Below, in pieces: positions 39,772 through 53,784 of a stretch of DNA of 64,000 nt. The number at the start of each line of letters is the position of its first letter. Within the stretch, counting starts at the first letter, position 1. The stretch comes from an uncultured delta proteobacterium (GTDB lineage Bacteria > Myxococcota_A > Polyangia > Polyangiales > Polyangiaceae): positions 32,001 through 96,000 of the forward strand of contig CAVOKF010000001.1 in the NCBI GenBank assembly GCA_963696385.1, in the 5' to 3' direction. The notes beneath the pieces were generated by a model, which was not told the origin of the DNA, did no database searches, and saw nothing but the letters and a program-made list of their open reading frames with translations. Made by a program: the position numbers and the translations under genes.

Positions 39772-40075
39772 GGCGGTCCTCCCGTCCCGGGCCGATCCGG
39801 TTTCGTCCCGACGGCTGCGTCAGCGCCGTTACGGCGGGACGCGCCAGAACGAATCCGAACAAGCAGAAAAGTAGCCGTGGCGCGTGCCCGCCGCCAACCC
39901 AGGTAAGGCCCGTCAACGCCACCGCCATTCGCACGACAAAGCTGAAAACCAGCCAAAGCGCCGGCCGCCGGGACGAGGCTGCGCAGAGAACCGTCCACCA
40001 CAGGCCGCCGAAGAACGTTGCACCCAAAAGGCCCCCGGCCACCCACGCGAGCATCCATGTCACCGCGTCACTCAT
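39752..40075 (-). CDS. atpR: N-ATPase subunit AtpR
   Basis: GATFFGGLWWTV...SFVVRM...GFVLAR; lies between atpQ and atpB. Confidence 0.88.
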   Translation of the reverse strand: MSDAVTWMLAWVAGGLLGATFFGGLWWTVLCAASSRRPALWLVFSFVVRMAVALTGLTWVGGGHAPRLLFCLFGFVLARPAVTALTQPSGRNRIGPGREDRHAPQPR

Positions 40076-40476
40076 CGGGGTCTCCTCGTTGCTCGCGCCC
40101 GAGGGCCTCTTGCTCCTTGGCCACCCAGCGCCATGCATTCCAACAGCCGAGCGCGAGCCCTGCCATGAGCAGCGCGAGCGTCCAGGAAAACCGGCCGGGG
40201 TGCCTGGCGTCCAGCCACAGCCCGAGAGCCGTTCCGAGCAGGGTCGGAATCGCCACCGACCACCCGATGAGTCCCATCATGCCCAAACCGAACCAGGCGC
40301 CTTCGGAGCGACGCCCCGCTCGGATCTTGCGCGCCGCCTTGGCGCCGACCTGTTCGGCGAACGTCGGAGCGTGCTTCGCGGCTGTCCCGGTCGGCGCGTC
40401 CGTCTTGCGCGCCGGCTTGGCGCCGACCGGTTCGGCGAACGTCGGGGCGTGCTTCGCGGCTGTCCCGGTCGGCTCG

Positions 40477-40484
<8 letters not shown>
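40068..40484 (-). CDS. atpQ: N-ATPase subunit AtpQ (AtpI/AtpZ-like)
   Basis: WFGLGMMGLIGWSVAIPTLLG...WLD...GCWNAW; 78-bp internal duplication near the N-terminus. Confidence 0.88.
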
Positions 40485-43834
<3,350 letters not shown>

Positions 43835-43971
43835 GTCGACTCCTGCGGTTTTCGTCATCGACGCGGCAAGTTAACCACGATCGAGGCGCGCCGCCTCGAC
43901 CCCGGTCCCCCCGGCTCTTGTGACCGTCCAGGTCGACCGGCACCGCGTCGAACGCCCCGCTTCGCGGGCCG

Positions 43972-44944
43972 TCAAAACGTGTCCTGCCACTCCGCCCCCT
44001 CTTCAGTGGTTGTGCCCCGCTCGGAGGTGTACCACGGCCCGCTTTCGTCGGAAGCCCTCGACGAGAGCGGCGTGCCGTACATCGTCCAGAACGCATCGCG
44101 CACGGCCACCCGCATCGCGCGTGCGTCCCGCCACCGGGCGGCGCGGTCGCGGCGGAGCGCCCGGTCGACGAGGACGACGATCGCTCGAATCGGCTCCCGG
44201 CAGCGCGGTCGACAGAGATCGAGCGGGGATGGCCGCGCTCGCCACGAGCAATTCCGGCACGGTCGTCTGCGGGTGCACGGCTTGACCGGAGAGCAGGGTG
44301 AATGCCGTCGCGCCGAGCGACCACAAATCGCTCTGTCCGTCCACCCAATCCCATCGCCCACGAGCTTGCTCGGGCGACATGAACCCGGGAGTTCCCATCG
44401 CGAACCCAAGGGGAGGCGCGGGAAGCGGCGCCGAGGTCGGCCCGCGCAGACCCGCGATGCCGAAGTCGAGAATTTTGACTTCCCCCTCGGTCGTGAGAAA
44501 TAAGTTCGCTGGTTTGATGTCGCGATGAACGATCCCCGCATCGTGCAGAGCGATGAGGCCCTCGAGCACTTGATCGAGGATGTAGAGGACTCGGTCGGCG
44601 GCAAGCCGGCCGCCCGCGGCGAACGCACACTCGCACAGCGTTGCCCCTTCGAGCAGCTCCATCACGACGCAAACATTGCCCTCGTCGTCGACGGCATCGT
44701 CCAGGACCCGCACCGTATGCGGGTGTTCTTCGCGCAGGAACGGGCACGCAATCTCCGGCGTCATCGACCAGTTTGGGTGCAGGATCTTGATCGCACTGCG
44801 CCTTCCATTCCGGTGGGTGGCGGCGTACACGGCGGCCATCGTGCCGACGTCGATGAGCTCGTCGTACCGCCATGTTCCGTGCAGCGTGCCTCCGACGCGC
44901 GCTGCGGCACGGGATTGATCGTCGGTCGTGAAGCTCTGCAGCAT
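43972..44944 (-). pseudogene. Ser/Thr kinase, divergent N-lobe, frameshift near 44190
   Basis: HRDIKPAN, DFG, GTPGFMSPEQ, DLWSLG; C-terminal VDRAL...RW.DA.AM is in another frame, which stops at 43972. Confidence 0.75.
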
Positions 44945-44964
44945 GGCCGGCGTAGGAGGCGTGT

Positions 44965-44980
44965 CGCACGTTCCATGCCG
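44965..44980 (-). promoter_or_regulatory. Possible sigma54 -24/-12 site
   Basis: cGGCATggaacGTGCg about 20 nt before the kinase ATG. Confidence 0.35.
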
Positions 44981-44989
44981 AACGGTTGC

Positions 44990-47815
44990 CTAGGGCGGCG
45001 GAGTAGGCCTGCGTGTGGCGGCCTCGACACTTCCTCGCATTTTCCCAAAACCGGTTGGCTCTTCGCGAAAAGAACGTCCCACCGATCGCTCGTGCGTTCG
45101 GAGCGCCGCCGCCTGACGCGCGAACCAGCTCTCCGCGCCGAACAGCAAGAACTTCGGGCCATCGCCGGCAATCGTGAATCCCAGGCGCAGGCTGCCGGAG
45201 CTCACCAGCACCATGCCCTCCTTGTCGGCGTCGTGCTTGGCGTACTCGAGTCGAACGAGAGTCCCGCGGCTCCTGGCCACGACCGAACGCAGCTCGAGCG
45301 AGGAGGGCGTCTCCCGGATCTCCCCATCCGCGTGGAGGTCTTCGGTCGGGAAGGCGTCGAGCGCCCATCGCGGCACGGCGGTCACCCGGGCGAGCAGGGC
45401 TTGCACCGGCGAGGCGTTCTCGGCCGTCACATGGACGGTAGCCCGGAAGCGAGTTTCGCCGGCAAGCTGCAGTCCGGCATCGCGGAGCGAGACGCGGGCC
45501 CACCATGCCTCGGTGGACGGTGTTGCGCGGCTCGTGAAGGCCAACGTGCTGCCGGACAGAACGGTCATGTTGGGGTCGACCCCCCGGTTGTCGGCCCGGA
45601 GGGCCACGTCGAGCTCTCCCTGATACGTGTCGGTTCCCACTTGGACGCGAAGATTGCGCGCGACGAGGTCGGTGGTCCCAGCCGCCGAGAGCGAAGACAC
45701 GTCCGCCCGCACGTGCATGGATGCCGAGGCCTCGCCCCGCGTGATCTTGACGGCCTTGGAAAGATTCAACGAACCGGTGAGTGCGGCGATATCCGCGATT
45801 TCGGCGGCGGGTAGGTCGACCGAGATCGTTCCGCTCTTGCCTTGGGGACCCAAAGCGAGGCGAGGCGCGCGGACGAAGACCACGGGCGCGGTCATGAGGC
45901 CGGGTTCTCCACCGGGCGCCATCAAAGATACGTCGCGCAGGATGACCTCTGCGCTCGACAGGTCGACCAATCGAGGGCCCCAGTTCCACCGGGCGGTCGA
46001 AGCACGGGCGGTCAGGCGGCAAGAGACGGCCAGCGGGCCGCCGAGGCGCAGGACCAACCCCTCGGTCGCGATGCGTGCCGTCGCCGAGACCACGCGATCC
46101 CGGAGACGAAGGGACGCTTTTCCGGACACGCGCGCGCGGCCGCCGGCCACCCGGATGCCGCCGGACCACAGAGCGTTGAGGTCGCGCAGGTTCGTGACGG
46201 AGGCCTCCGGCAGATCGAGATCCACGTCGAGGTCCGGTGGCACGCCGCGCTGGATCACAGCGCGTTTCGCGTGCAGGGCAAGCGTTGGGGCTTGCACGCG
46301 GAGACCCCCCACCGAGGCGACCCCATCCGCGAGATCGACGTCACTGTCGGTCAGATCGACCTCACCGTCTCGCAGCGAACCAGATTCGATCCGGATCGTG
46401 GCTTGGACGTTTGCGCCGATTCGATTTGCGCCGCGCGCCACGGACAGGTCGCGAATGGAGAATCCGACCTGGCCGCGCGCGGTGGAGTCGTCCAGACGAC
46501 CTTCGAGGTGGGCCTCTGCGCGGACCGCGCCGGAATCGGCCATCACGCCCGTAGGAAGCAGGGGGCCCAGAAATGCCACAGTGGGCGCATGCGCCCCTTT
46601 CAACTCGACCGCAAAGGAGGCGGCCTCGACGGAAGGGTTCGCCAGATCGACGTCAGGACTCGTCAGCCGGAGCGAGATCGCACGGGCGCCGCCCACATCG
46701 ACGCCGCGCCGGGCGATGGAGAGGCTGGACACCTGGACCGCGAGTTGTGCGACGGGCGGGTCGCCGTCGACGTGCATTTCGGCCGCGACCCCGGCGCGCA
46801 AAGACCTGTTTGCGACAACGACGTGCGCCTCTTCCGACGACATGGTGGCGCGTGAACCCGATCGAAGCACACCGGTTTCGACGCGGAGCCCCAGGTCGAT
46901 CGGACCTTCGCCCTGTTCGACGCGCCACAACGGGCTGGGGCCCCATGCACGGGTCAGCTCTGCCGTGTCTGCGGATCCTTGGACGTCGGTGTTCGCGGAG
47001 ACGTAGCGCAGGATCTTCAGGCCATCGGCCTTCCTCAAGTCAAACGGATGCACGGTCGCCGCGACGCTGCCGTGCAGACCGGCCAAGAGCGGGCTCGTCA
47101 GCCCATAGGAGACGTCGAGCGTCTCGATGTCGATCGCGGCTGGCCCGATTTCGAGCCACCGCAGCGGACGAAAGACCCAGCGTCCGCGCACCCTGAGGTC
47201 GCCTGCGTACCGCAGCGTGTGGACCCAGATTTCGTGCACATGCTGGGCGTCGACGTCATCCAGGCGGACGCTCCAGAGTTTGTACGTGGCGTCTGTGAGC
47301 GGAGGCGTGGGCGGTCCCGTCTCCAAATAGGGCGGATCGGAAAATCCGGGAACGGGGGGCAGTGCGGCCACGACCCGGGGGTCGACCTCCGTCGGTTCGA
47401 GCCTCATCCGGATGCGCATCGAAAGGCCGGAACCTCGGACGTGGGTGGCGTGAAACTGTCGGTGCAGAAGATCCAAGAACTGCACGCGAAAGTCGCAGAC
47501 GTCAATCCTCAGAATCCACTGCACCGCGCCGTCGCTGCCCCGAATGCTCAAGCCGTCCACGTGAATCCTGCCGGGCCAAATCGAATACGCACGGGCGTAC
47601 TCGACCCGGATCTGGTCCGGCGAGAAGTTGATCGCGCTTCGAAACCAGCGCGTTCCGAGGAACCCATTCATCCCGACGAGGTACCCGAGAATCAGACCCG
47701 CACAGACTCCGAGCACGATCCGGAAGACTCTCCCACGGGGCCTTTGCGGGCGCGCATCCTTCGAGGTCTGAGGGCCAGGCCGCCGGTTCGACGGCGTGCA
47801 GTCGTGTAAGTCCAC
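44990..47815 (-). CDS. Large membrane-anchored beta-rich protein (possibly AsmA-like)
   Basis: N-terminal TM helix followed by about 880 aa of amphipathic strands; start uncertain. Confidence 0.65.
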   Translation of the reverse strand: MDLHDCTPSNRRPGPQTSKDARPQRPRGRVFRIVLGVCAGLILGYLVGMNGFLGTRWFRSAINFSPDQIRVEYARAYSIWPGRIHVDGLSIRGSDGAVQWILRIDVCDFRVQFLDLLHRQFHATHVRGSGLSMRIRMRLEPTEVDPRVVAALPPVPGFSDPPYLETGPPTPPLTDATYKLWSVRLDDVDAQHVHEIWVHTLRYAGDLRVRGRWVFRPLRWLEIGPAAIDIETLDVSYGLTSPLLAGLHGSVAATVHPFDLRKADGLKILRYVSANTDVQGSADTAELTRAWGPSPLWRVEQGEGPIDLGLRVETGVLRSGSRATMSSEEAHVVVANRSLRAGVAAEMHVDGDPPVAQLAVQVSSLSIARRGVDVGGARAISLRLTSPDVDLANPSVEAASFAVELKGAHAPTVAFLGPLLPTGVMADSGAVRAEAHLEGRLDDSTARGQVGFSIRDLSVARGANRIGANVQATIRIESGSLRDGEVDLTDSDVDLADGVASVGGLRVQAPTLALHAKRAVIQRGVPPDLDVDLDLPEASVTNLRDLNALWSGGIRVAGGRARVSGKASLRLRDRVVSATARIATEGLVLRLGGPLAVSCRLTARASTARWNWGPRLVDLSSAEVILRDVSLMAPGGEPGLMTAPVVFVRAPRLALGPQGKSGTISVDLPAAEIADIAALTGSLNLSKAVKITRGEASASMHVRADVSSLSAAGTTDLVARNLRVQVGTDTYQGELDVALRADNRGVDPNMTVLSGSTLAFTSRATPSTEAWWARVSLRDAGLQLAGETRFRATVHVTAENASPVQALLARVTAVPRWALDAFPTEDLHADGEIRETPSSLELRSVVARSRGTLVRLEYAKHDADKEGMVLVSSGSLRLGFTIAGDGPKFLLFGAESWFARQAAALRTHERSVGRSFREEPTGFGKMRGSVEAATRRPTPPP

Positions 47816-48017
47816 CTCGTCGGGGGAGCACGAACCGGGCCGCGTTCAGGTCGCCTCACTCGCCGTCCAGTGCGACCGTCTCGGTCCCGCCCGGTGGGCG
47901 CCGCGAGGCAAAGTGCCAACGGCCACCTCGCCGAATGCAAAAGCGAATCGACGAATGGGGCCGACGTTCGTCGATAAGCAACGCCGGAAAGCTGCCCACA
48001 CGTCCGTACGGCCGCGC

Positions 48018-48033
48018 CGGCACGGACCTTGCG
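48018..48033 (+). promoter_or_regulatory. Putative sigma54 -24/-12 site
   Basis: cGGCACggaccTTGCg, intergenic, upstream of the DUF4398/OmpA pair. Confidence 0.5.
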
Positions 48034-48336
48034 CTCGTCGCCGTCGACGGAATTGAAAATGCAAATCATGTCTCGTCGCTCATTGGCCGCTTGCCGCAAG
48101 GGTCGATCCATCGCGACGAGCGCGCGTTTGCCGTCCTAACGCGCCTTGCCGACCGATCGAACGTGCGAGACAGAAAGACAGGATTGGACCATGAACTGGA
48201 ATGCAATGACGAAGGCGTGGCTTCGGGCCCGAGCGCTGATGGGATCGAAAGGCAGAGCCGTTTATCGGGCCATATCCGAAGAGTGGCTCGCCAAATTCAG
48301 GCTGAAGGCCCATTACACCAACCGAAGGAGTCCCTC

Positions 48337-48744
48337 ATGATCGCTTCGAACATTTCGCGATCGACGGCGTCGGCATTCGTGGTCGCATCCCTCGTCCTCG
48401 GCTGCGGGGCCGGCATGGCCGCTCCGACGCAGCGTTTGGCGAACGAGCAGTCCGCCGAACGCAGCGCGGTCGAGCTCGGGGCCCCCAATCTGCCGCAAGC
48501 CCAGTTGCATCTGCAGCTCGCCCGCGAGCAGACGGTGGAGGCCAACGGGGCGATTCGGGACGGCAACAACGAAATGGCCGATCGTCTGCTCGCCCGTGCG
48601 ACGTCGGACGCCGAGCTTGCCATCGCTCTGACGCGCGAAGAGAACGCGAAAGTCGCGGCGCAAAAGGCTTCGACTCAATCGAACAATCAACAAATCACCA
48701 ACGCGAATACGAACGCGAATGCGAACCTGGGAGCACAGCCATGA
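48337..48744 (+). CDS. DUF4398-like lipoprotein
   Basis: AAGGAG RBS, VLGC lipobox, AQLHLQLAREQ...RATSDAELAIAL. Confidence 0.8.
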   Translation: MIASNISRSTASAFVVASLVLGCGAGMAAPTQRLANEQSAERSAVELGAPNLPQAQLHLQLAREQTVEANGAIRDGNNEMADRLLARATSDAELAIALTREENAKVAAQKASTQSNNQQITNANTNANANLGAQP

Positions 48745-49631
48745 CGACGCTTCGAAATTCGGGTTTCTTACTCGCGATCGCCACGACCGCCGGCTGTGCC
48801 GCGTCGATCCCGCCGCAAGATCTCGTCACGGCGCGCGCGGCCTATGCGCGCGCAAATCACGGTGTTGCGGCGACGTTCGACCCTGCCGACGTGCACGCGG
48901 CCGCCGAATCGCTCGATGCGGCCGAGCAGTCATTTGCCAAAAATGGCGCAAGTCCTCAGACCGTCGACCTCGCCTACGTCGCCGACCGCCGCGCCGAGAT
49001 CGCGGAGGCGCGCGGAGTCGCGCTGCAATCGGCGGCCGAGCAGCAGCAGACCGTCCGCAACATGCACGATGCGCAGACGGCGCAAGTGGCCGTGACCTCG
49101 GCGGAACTCGGTCGCGCGAATGTGAAGATCGCCCTTCAGGGCCAGGCGCTGCAGAATCAAGACCAACAGCTGCAAACCGAGCGTCAACGTCGCGCCGACG
49201 CCGACCAACGAGCGGCCAAAGCGGCCTCCGACCTCGCCGCGTTCGCGTCGGTCAAACAGGAGGCGCGCGGCATGGTGATCACCCTTTCGGGCAGTGTACT
49301 GTTCGCCTCGAATCGGTCGGATCTCCTGCCGAGTGCGCAGGCCAAGCTGAATGACGTCGCCCAGGCGCTCACCAAGCAGGACGCGGAATCGAAAATCATC
49401 GTGGAAGGTCATACCGATTCGCAAGGGGATGCCTCCTACAACCAGGAGCTGTCCCAGCGGCGCGCGCAAACCGTACGCGACTACCTCGTCTCCCAGGGCA
49501 TGGCCGCGGACCGAGTGACATCCCAAGGTTTCGGACTCACACGCCCGATTGCGGACAATTCATCGCCCGAGGGCCGCGCGAACAACCGGCGGGTCGAGAT
49601 CGTCGTGCAGCCTCCACGCCCGGCCCTCTAA
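48741..49631 (+). CDS. DUF4398-OmpA family lipoprotein
   Basis: TAGC lipobox, RGMVITLSGSVLF, EGHTDSQG, NQELSQRRA, NRRVEIV. Confidence 0.92.
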   Translation: MTTLRNSGFLLAIATTAGCAASIPPQDLVTARAAYARANHGVAATFDPADVHAAAESLDAAEQSFAKNGASPQTVDLAYVADRRAEIAEARGVALQSAAEQQQTVRNMHDAQTAQVAVTSAELGRANVKIALQGQALQNQDQQLQTERQRRADADQRAAKAASDLAAFASVKQEARGMVITLSGSVLFASNRSDLLPSAQAKLNDVAQALTKQDAESKIIVEGHTDSQGDASYNQELSQRRAQTVRDYLVSQGMAADRVTSQGFGLTRPIADNSSPEGRANNRRVEIVVQPPRPAL

Positions 49632-49732
49632 CTCCTTCGCTGTTCGTCGTGCCGTCCAGCCGGCGATCGCACTCCTTACTATGCACCCTGTCCTCGGCCC
49701 CGTAACCACACGCTGCCATGCATGCCATGGCA

Positions 49733-49748
49733 CGGCATGCCCGTTGCT
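49733..49748 (+). promoter_or_regulatory. Putative sigma54 -24/-12 site
   Basis: cGGCATgcccgTTGCT just upstream of the response regulator. Confidence 0.5.
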
Positions 49749-49760
49749 ACTTCTCCGGTC

Positions 49761-50159
49761 ATGAGTATCCCGGCGCCGGCTCCCTCTTCGCTGCGCAAGA
49801 GCATCCTCGTCGTCGACGACGACGACGAGATGCGCGCCGCGCTCACGGCTCTTCTGTCCTGCACCTACGGCGTGACGGTCGCGGTCGACGGCATCGACGG
49901 CTGTGAAAAGGCGATCGAGCGGCAGCCGGACCTCATCATTGCGGATGTCCGGATGCCGCGGCTCGACGGCGTCGCCATGATTCGTCGCATCCGCGAGTCG
50001 GAATCGCTGCGCAGCGTGCCGGTCATCTTTCTCACCGGCCAGATGTCGGCGCAACAGGTCACCGAGGGATTGTCCGTAGCCCCGTTTGCGTACCTTCCGA
50101 AGCCGACCGACCCGTGCCTTCTCCAGAAGCGGGTGCAAAGGGCGCTCGGCGGAGACTGA
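49761..50159 (+). CDS. Single-domain response regulator
   Basis: ILVVDDD, PDLIIADVRMPRLDG, IFLT, KP. Confidence 0.9.
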   Translation: MSIPAPAPSSLRKSILVVDDDDEMRAALTALLSCTYGVTVAVDGIDGCEKAIERQPDLIIADVRMPRLDGVAMIRRIRESESLRSVPVIFLTGQMSAQQVTEGLSVAPFAYLPKPTDPCLLQKRVQRALGGD

Positions 50160-50216
50160 GTCCACCGGCGGCCGATTCGACCCATCTGCACTCCGCTTCA
50201 GGGATATATTGCGTTT

Positions 50217-51296
50217 ATGCTCCACGACTTTCTAGCTGGAAATAGGGGGGCGATCGTCGCGAGGACCCGTGCAAAGGTCTCCGCGAGGCTTTCGCCACGC
50301 GCGACGGAAGCCGAGCTCGCGAGCGGCATTCCGCTCTTTCTGGACCAGCTCACCGAGACGTTGCGGCTTCTCACACCGCACAGCCAGGCCATAGCCGAGA
50401 GCGCCAGCCTCGCGATGGCCGAGAGCGCCACGAGGCACGGTCGGGAGCTTCTGAGCCGGGGGTTTACCGTAGCCCAGGTCGTTCACGACTACGGCGACCT
50501 CTGCCAAGCCGTCACCGAGCTGGCTGCCGAGTCGAAGGCGGCGATCACGGTCGACGAGTTTCAGGTGTTCAATCGATGCCTCGACGATGCCATCGCCCGG
50601 GCCGTGACGGAATACACGCGCACCCGCGAACAGACGATCACCGACGAGGGCATGGAACGTCTGGGCAATCTCTCGCACGAACTTCGCAATTCGCTCGGCG
50701 CCGCGATGCTGGCGTTTCAGACTCTGAAAAACGGCAGTGTCGGCCTCGGGGGTAGCACGGCCGCCGTTCTCGACCGCAGCCTGCGTCGAGCCTGCGCCGT
50801 CATCGACTCCTCCGTGGCTCAGGTGCGCCTGGAATCGGGAACGCGGGCGGTGGAGCGGGTTTCGATGCGCGACTTCATCGAAGAGATCGAGGTGGGCGCT
50901 TCGATGGAGGCGAGTGCCCGGCATCTGACGCTCACGATCGCGCCCGTTGCGCCAGGGGTCGACGTGGCGGTCGACCGGCAGCTCCTTGCGGGGGCGCTCG
51001 TCAACATCCTTCAAAATGCGTTCAAGTTCACGCGTGCCGAGAGCCAGGTCTTGCTCACGACCTCGGCGACTGCGGAACGCGTCGCGATCGCGGTTTCGGA
51101 CGAGTGCGGAGGATTGCCGCCCGGCAAGGCCGACAGTCTGTTTCGACCGTTCGCGCAGCGAAGCGCGGACCGCAAGGGCCTGGGCCTCGGCCTGTCCATC
51201 AGTCGAAGGAGCGTCGAAGCCATTGGGGGCGCGCTCGGTGTGAAGGATATTCCCGGGACGGGATGTGTCTTCACCATCGACCTGCCCAGAGTCTGA
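50217..51296 (+). CDS. Cytoplasmic sensor histidine kinase
   Basis: HELRNSL H-box, NILQNAFKF, DECGGL, GLGLGL; helical N-domain with QVVHDYGDLCQA. Confidence 0.92.
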   Translation: MLHDFLAGNRGAIVARTRAKVSARLSPRATEAELASGIPLFLDQLTETLRLLTPHSQAIAESASLAMAESATRHGRELLSRGFTVAQVVHDYGDLCQAVTELAAESKAAITVDEFQVFNRCLDDAIARAVTEYTRTREQTITDEGMERLGNLSHELRNSLGAAMLAFQTLKNGSVGLGGSTAAVLDRSLRRACAVIDSSVAQVRLESGTRAVERVSMRDFIEEIEVGASMEASARHLTLTIAPVAPGVDVAVDRQLLAGALVNILQNAFKFTRAESQVLLTTSATAERVAIAVSDECGGLPPGKADSLFRPFAQRSADRKGLGLGLSISRRSVEAIGGALGVKDIPGTGCVFTIDLPRV

Positions 51297-51561
51297 TCGA
51301 GAGCCACTTCACGTCGAAGCCCGAGTTCTGGAAGGCGCGCAGCGCTGTGTACGGCCTGAGTACACCGCCCCAGAGCAAGCTTCGGAACTGGCTCAGCCGG
51401 GCAACAGCAGCCACCGCAGCATACTTTTGAACGCGCTGCCGTGGGCGGGGAGCCAGAGCGGCGCGCCTGGCCCCATCCGGGACCGGTCGCGAAATCCTTC
51501 CGCGCGTCGTTGCTCGGCCTTACGCTGACGGTCCCATGCTTTCGGACTGGAGCCGTCCGTC

Positions 51562-51972
51562 ATGACCCTCGCCGACATCATGTCCACCCGCGTGGTGACC
51601 GTCGGTCCCGACCAAGACCTGCTCGCGATTCGCAAGCTCTTCGACTCGCACCGATTCCACCACGTTCTGGTGGTCGAACAGGGGTGCCTCGTCGGGGTCA
51701 TCTCCGATCGCGACGTGCTTCGTGCGGCGAGCCCGTTCGTCGACACGCTCGCCGAGCGGCCTCAAGACGTCGCGACGCTCCGAAGGAAGGCGCACCAGAT
51801 CATGTCGCGCAATCTGGTCGTGGCCCATCGCAACGACTCCGTCAAAGACGCGGCCGCCTCGATGCTGGCCCACGCTGTCTCGTGCCTGCCGGTCGTGACC
51901 CACGACGGCCGCATCGAAGGGATCGTGTCGTGGAAGGACCTGTTGCGCTCGCTTCTCGGAAGGCTGACCTGA
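51562..51972 (+). CDS. CBS-domain pair protein
   Basis: DIMS..VVTV, LVGVISDRD, CLPVV...GIVSWKDL. Confidence 0.9.
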   Translation: MTLADIMSTRVVTVGPDQDLLAIRKLFDSHRFHHVLVVEQGCLVGVISDRDVLRAASPFVDTLAERPQDVATLRRKAHQIMSRNLVVAHRNDSVKDAAASMLAHAVSCLPVVTHDGRIEGIVSWKDLLRSLLGRLT

Positions 51973-52273
51973 CGAGAGCTTGATCGAAGCCACCGCCGAG
52001 TGGTTCGGTCTTGAATAGGTTCGCTATAGGTGAAATATTGGCGCTATGGTTGAATTCCGCCGTGCCGCCCGTGCCCAACCGACGCGCTCGCTGCCTCATC
52101 CAAACGCGGTCGCGGTACAATTCCAGCGCCGAACGCGAAGGGGCTATTTCGCGCCAGGGTGAGTCGAGGGTGAGACGAACGTGTCGCTTTAGCCGCAGTG
52201 CCGGTCATTGAGCGCGGTAGCCGCGAAGACAGGGTGAGACGAGCGTGTCAGTTAACACCAGGATGTTGATATC

Positions 52274-53191
52274 ATGAAGAATTTTAGGGTTACTTATGCC
52301 GTCCTCTTCGGTGTGGTTGTGGCGGCGTGCGGGGGGAGTGAGAACGAGACCCCGACGCCGACCGAGGACGGCGGGGGCACGAGCTCGAGCTCGAGCGTGA
52401 CCACGGGAGCCAGCAGTTCCTCGGGCACGTCGTCCTCGGGCACGTCGTCCTCGGGCACGTCGTCCGCGACCTCCGCCGCGAGTTCGAGCGGCTCGGGAAC
52501 GTCGACGAGCACTCAGGCTTCTGAGGACGCTGGCGAGGACGCGACCCTGACCTCGAACCCGACCTCCACCGCAACGGGGTCCAATACGAGCACGCCCGAA
52601 GGCACGGGGACGGGGACCGGTACGGCAAGCAACACGGGGTCCGGCACCATGATGGCGACCGGGAGCGAAAGCAGCGTAGCCACCTACACCGAGACGGCCT
52701 TTGGCACCGTGACGCGAACGGACATCGTGACGGTCACCGAGACCGCCGCGGCCACCGGGACCCATACGGGCACAGTCACCGAAACCGCGACAGCCACCGG
52801 GACGCACACGGCCATCGGCACCGTCACCGTCACGGACACGGGTACGGGCACCTACACCCGCACTGAATTTGGAACCGTCACGCGCACCGCGATCGGGACC
52901 GTCACGCATACGGCCGAGGGCACCGGAACCAACACGGCGACCTTCACGGAGATCGGTACGGCCACGGAGACTCGGACGGCCCCCGGCACGGTCACCGGGA
53001 CGGCCATCGATACGGGGACCGGCACGGGCCGCGGCACGATGACGAGAACAGGGTTCGCCACGGACACCGTCACCCGGACGGCTCGCGGCACGGGGACCGA
53101 CACGGGGACGTTCACGCGAACCGGGTTCGGTACCGAGACCATCACCGAGACTGCCTTCGGCTTCGGTACGGGCCCCGTCATGGGACTTTAG
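52274..53191 (+). CDS. Thr/Gly-rich lipoprotein with long TxT arrays
   Basis: MKNF...VAAC lipobox, Ser linker, roughly 170 aa of alternating Thr. Confidence 0.75.
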   Translation: MKNFRVTYAVLFGVVVAACGGSENETPTPTEDGGGTSSSSSVTTGASSSSGTSSSGTSSSGTSSATSAASSSGSGTSTSTQASEDAGEDATLTSNPTSTATGSNTSTPEGTGTGTGTASNTGSGTMMATGSESSVATYTETAFGTVTRTDIVTVTETAAATGTHTGTVTETATATGTHTAIGTVTVTDTGTGTYTRTEFGTVTRTAIGTVTHTAEGTGTNTATFTEIGTATETRTAPGTVTGTAIDTGTGTGRGTMTRTGFATDTVTRTARGTGTDTGTFTRTGFGTETITETAFGFGTGPVMGL

Positions 53192-53289
53192 GCGACCGGA
53201 CCGCGACCGCGACCGCGGGGACCTCTAATTCGGCGACCGCGACCTCGACCGCGGGGACACTCGCCGCGAGCGACGTCGGCCCCTTGGCC

Positions 53290-53784
53290 CTAATGAGTCT
53301 GCTTGTGCGGTTCGCGAAGAGCGTCTTGCTGGTCTACGGGAATGCGGACGGTGTCCCGCAGCGCTTGCGCCAACCCGCGCGCATCGACCTGGGTCATCTC
53401 TCGGTCGACTGTCGCCAGAAGGTGGCGCTGCAGTTCCGGCGTGAGCTCGCGCTTCATCAAGCCGAGGAAGTGAGGTGGCGCGACGAGCACCCATCGCCGA
53501 AAGCGCGCCGATCGCATCGCTTGGTCGAGCGTCTGGCCCAACGAGTGGGCGAAGCGGGCGTGCTCGACCTCTTTGGGCGATGACGCGGGTGCGAGGGCGT
53601 TATGGTGCACCGATCGCCCCTCGGAGGATCGGGTCCCCGAGTGATCGCTCACGAGGTCGCTCGCCTTGCTTCGGGATTCTTCGTGAGAGACCTCGCTCAC
53701 CAATTGCCACGACGAATCGGGCCCGCCCACCTCGAAAAACCTGGCTTTCGCCGAATCACAAACCAGAACCCAGACCGTATTCAT
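53290..53784 (-). CDS. Host attachment family protein (baeRF-like)
   Basis: WVLVCDSAKARFF, FAHSL, LVAPPHFLGLM. Confidence 0.82.
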   Translation of the reverse strand: MNTVWVLVCDSAKARFFEVGGPDSSWQLVSEVSHEESRSKASDLVSDHSGTRSSEGRSVHHNALAPASSPKEVEHARFAHSLGQTLDQAMRSARFRRWVLVAPPHFLGLMKRELTPELQRHLLATVDREMTQVDARGLAQALRDTVRIPVDQQDALREPHKQTH

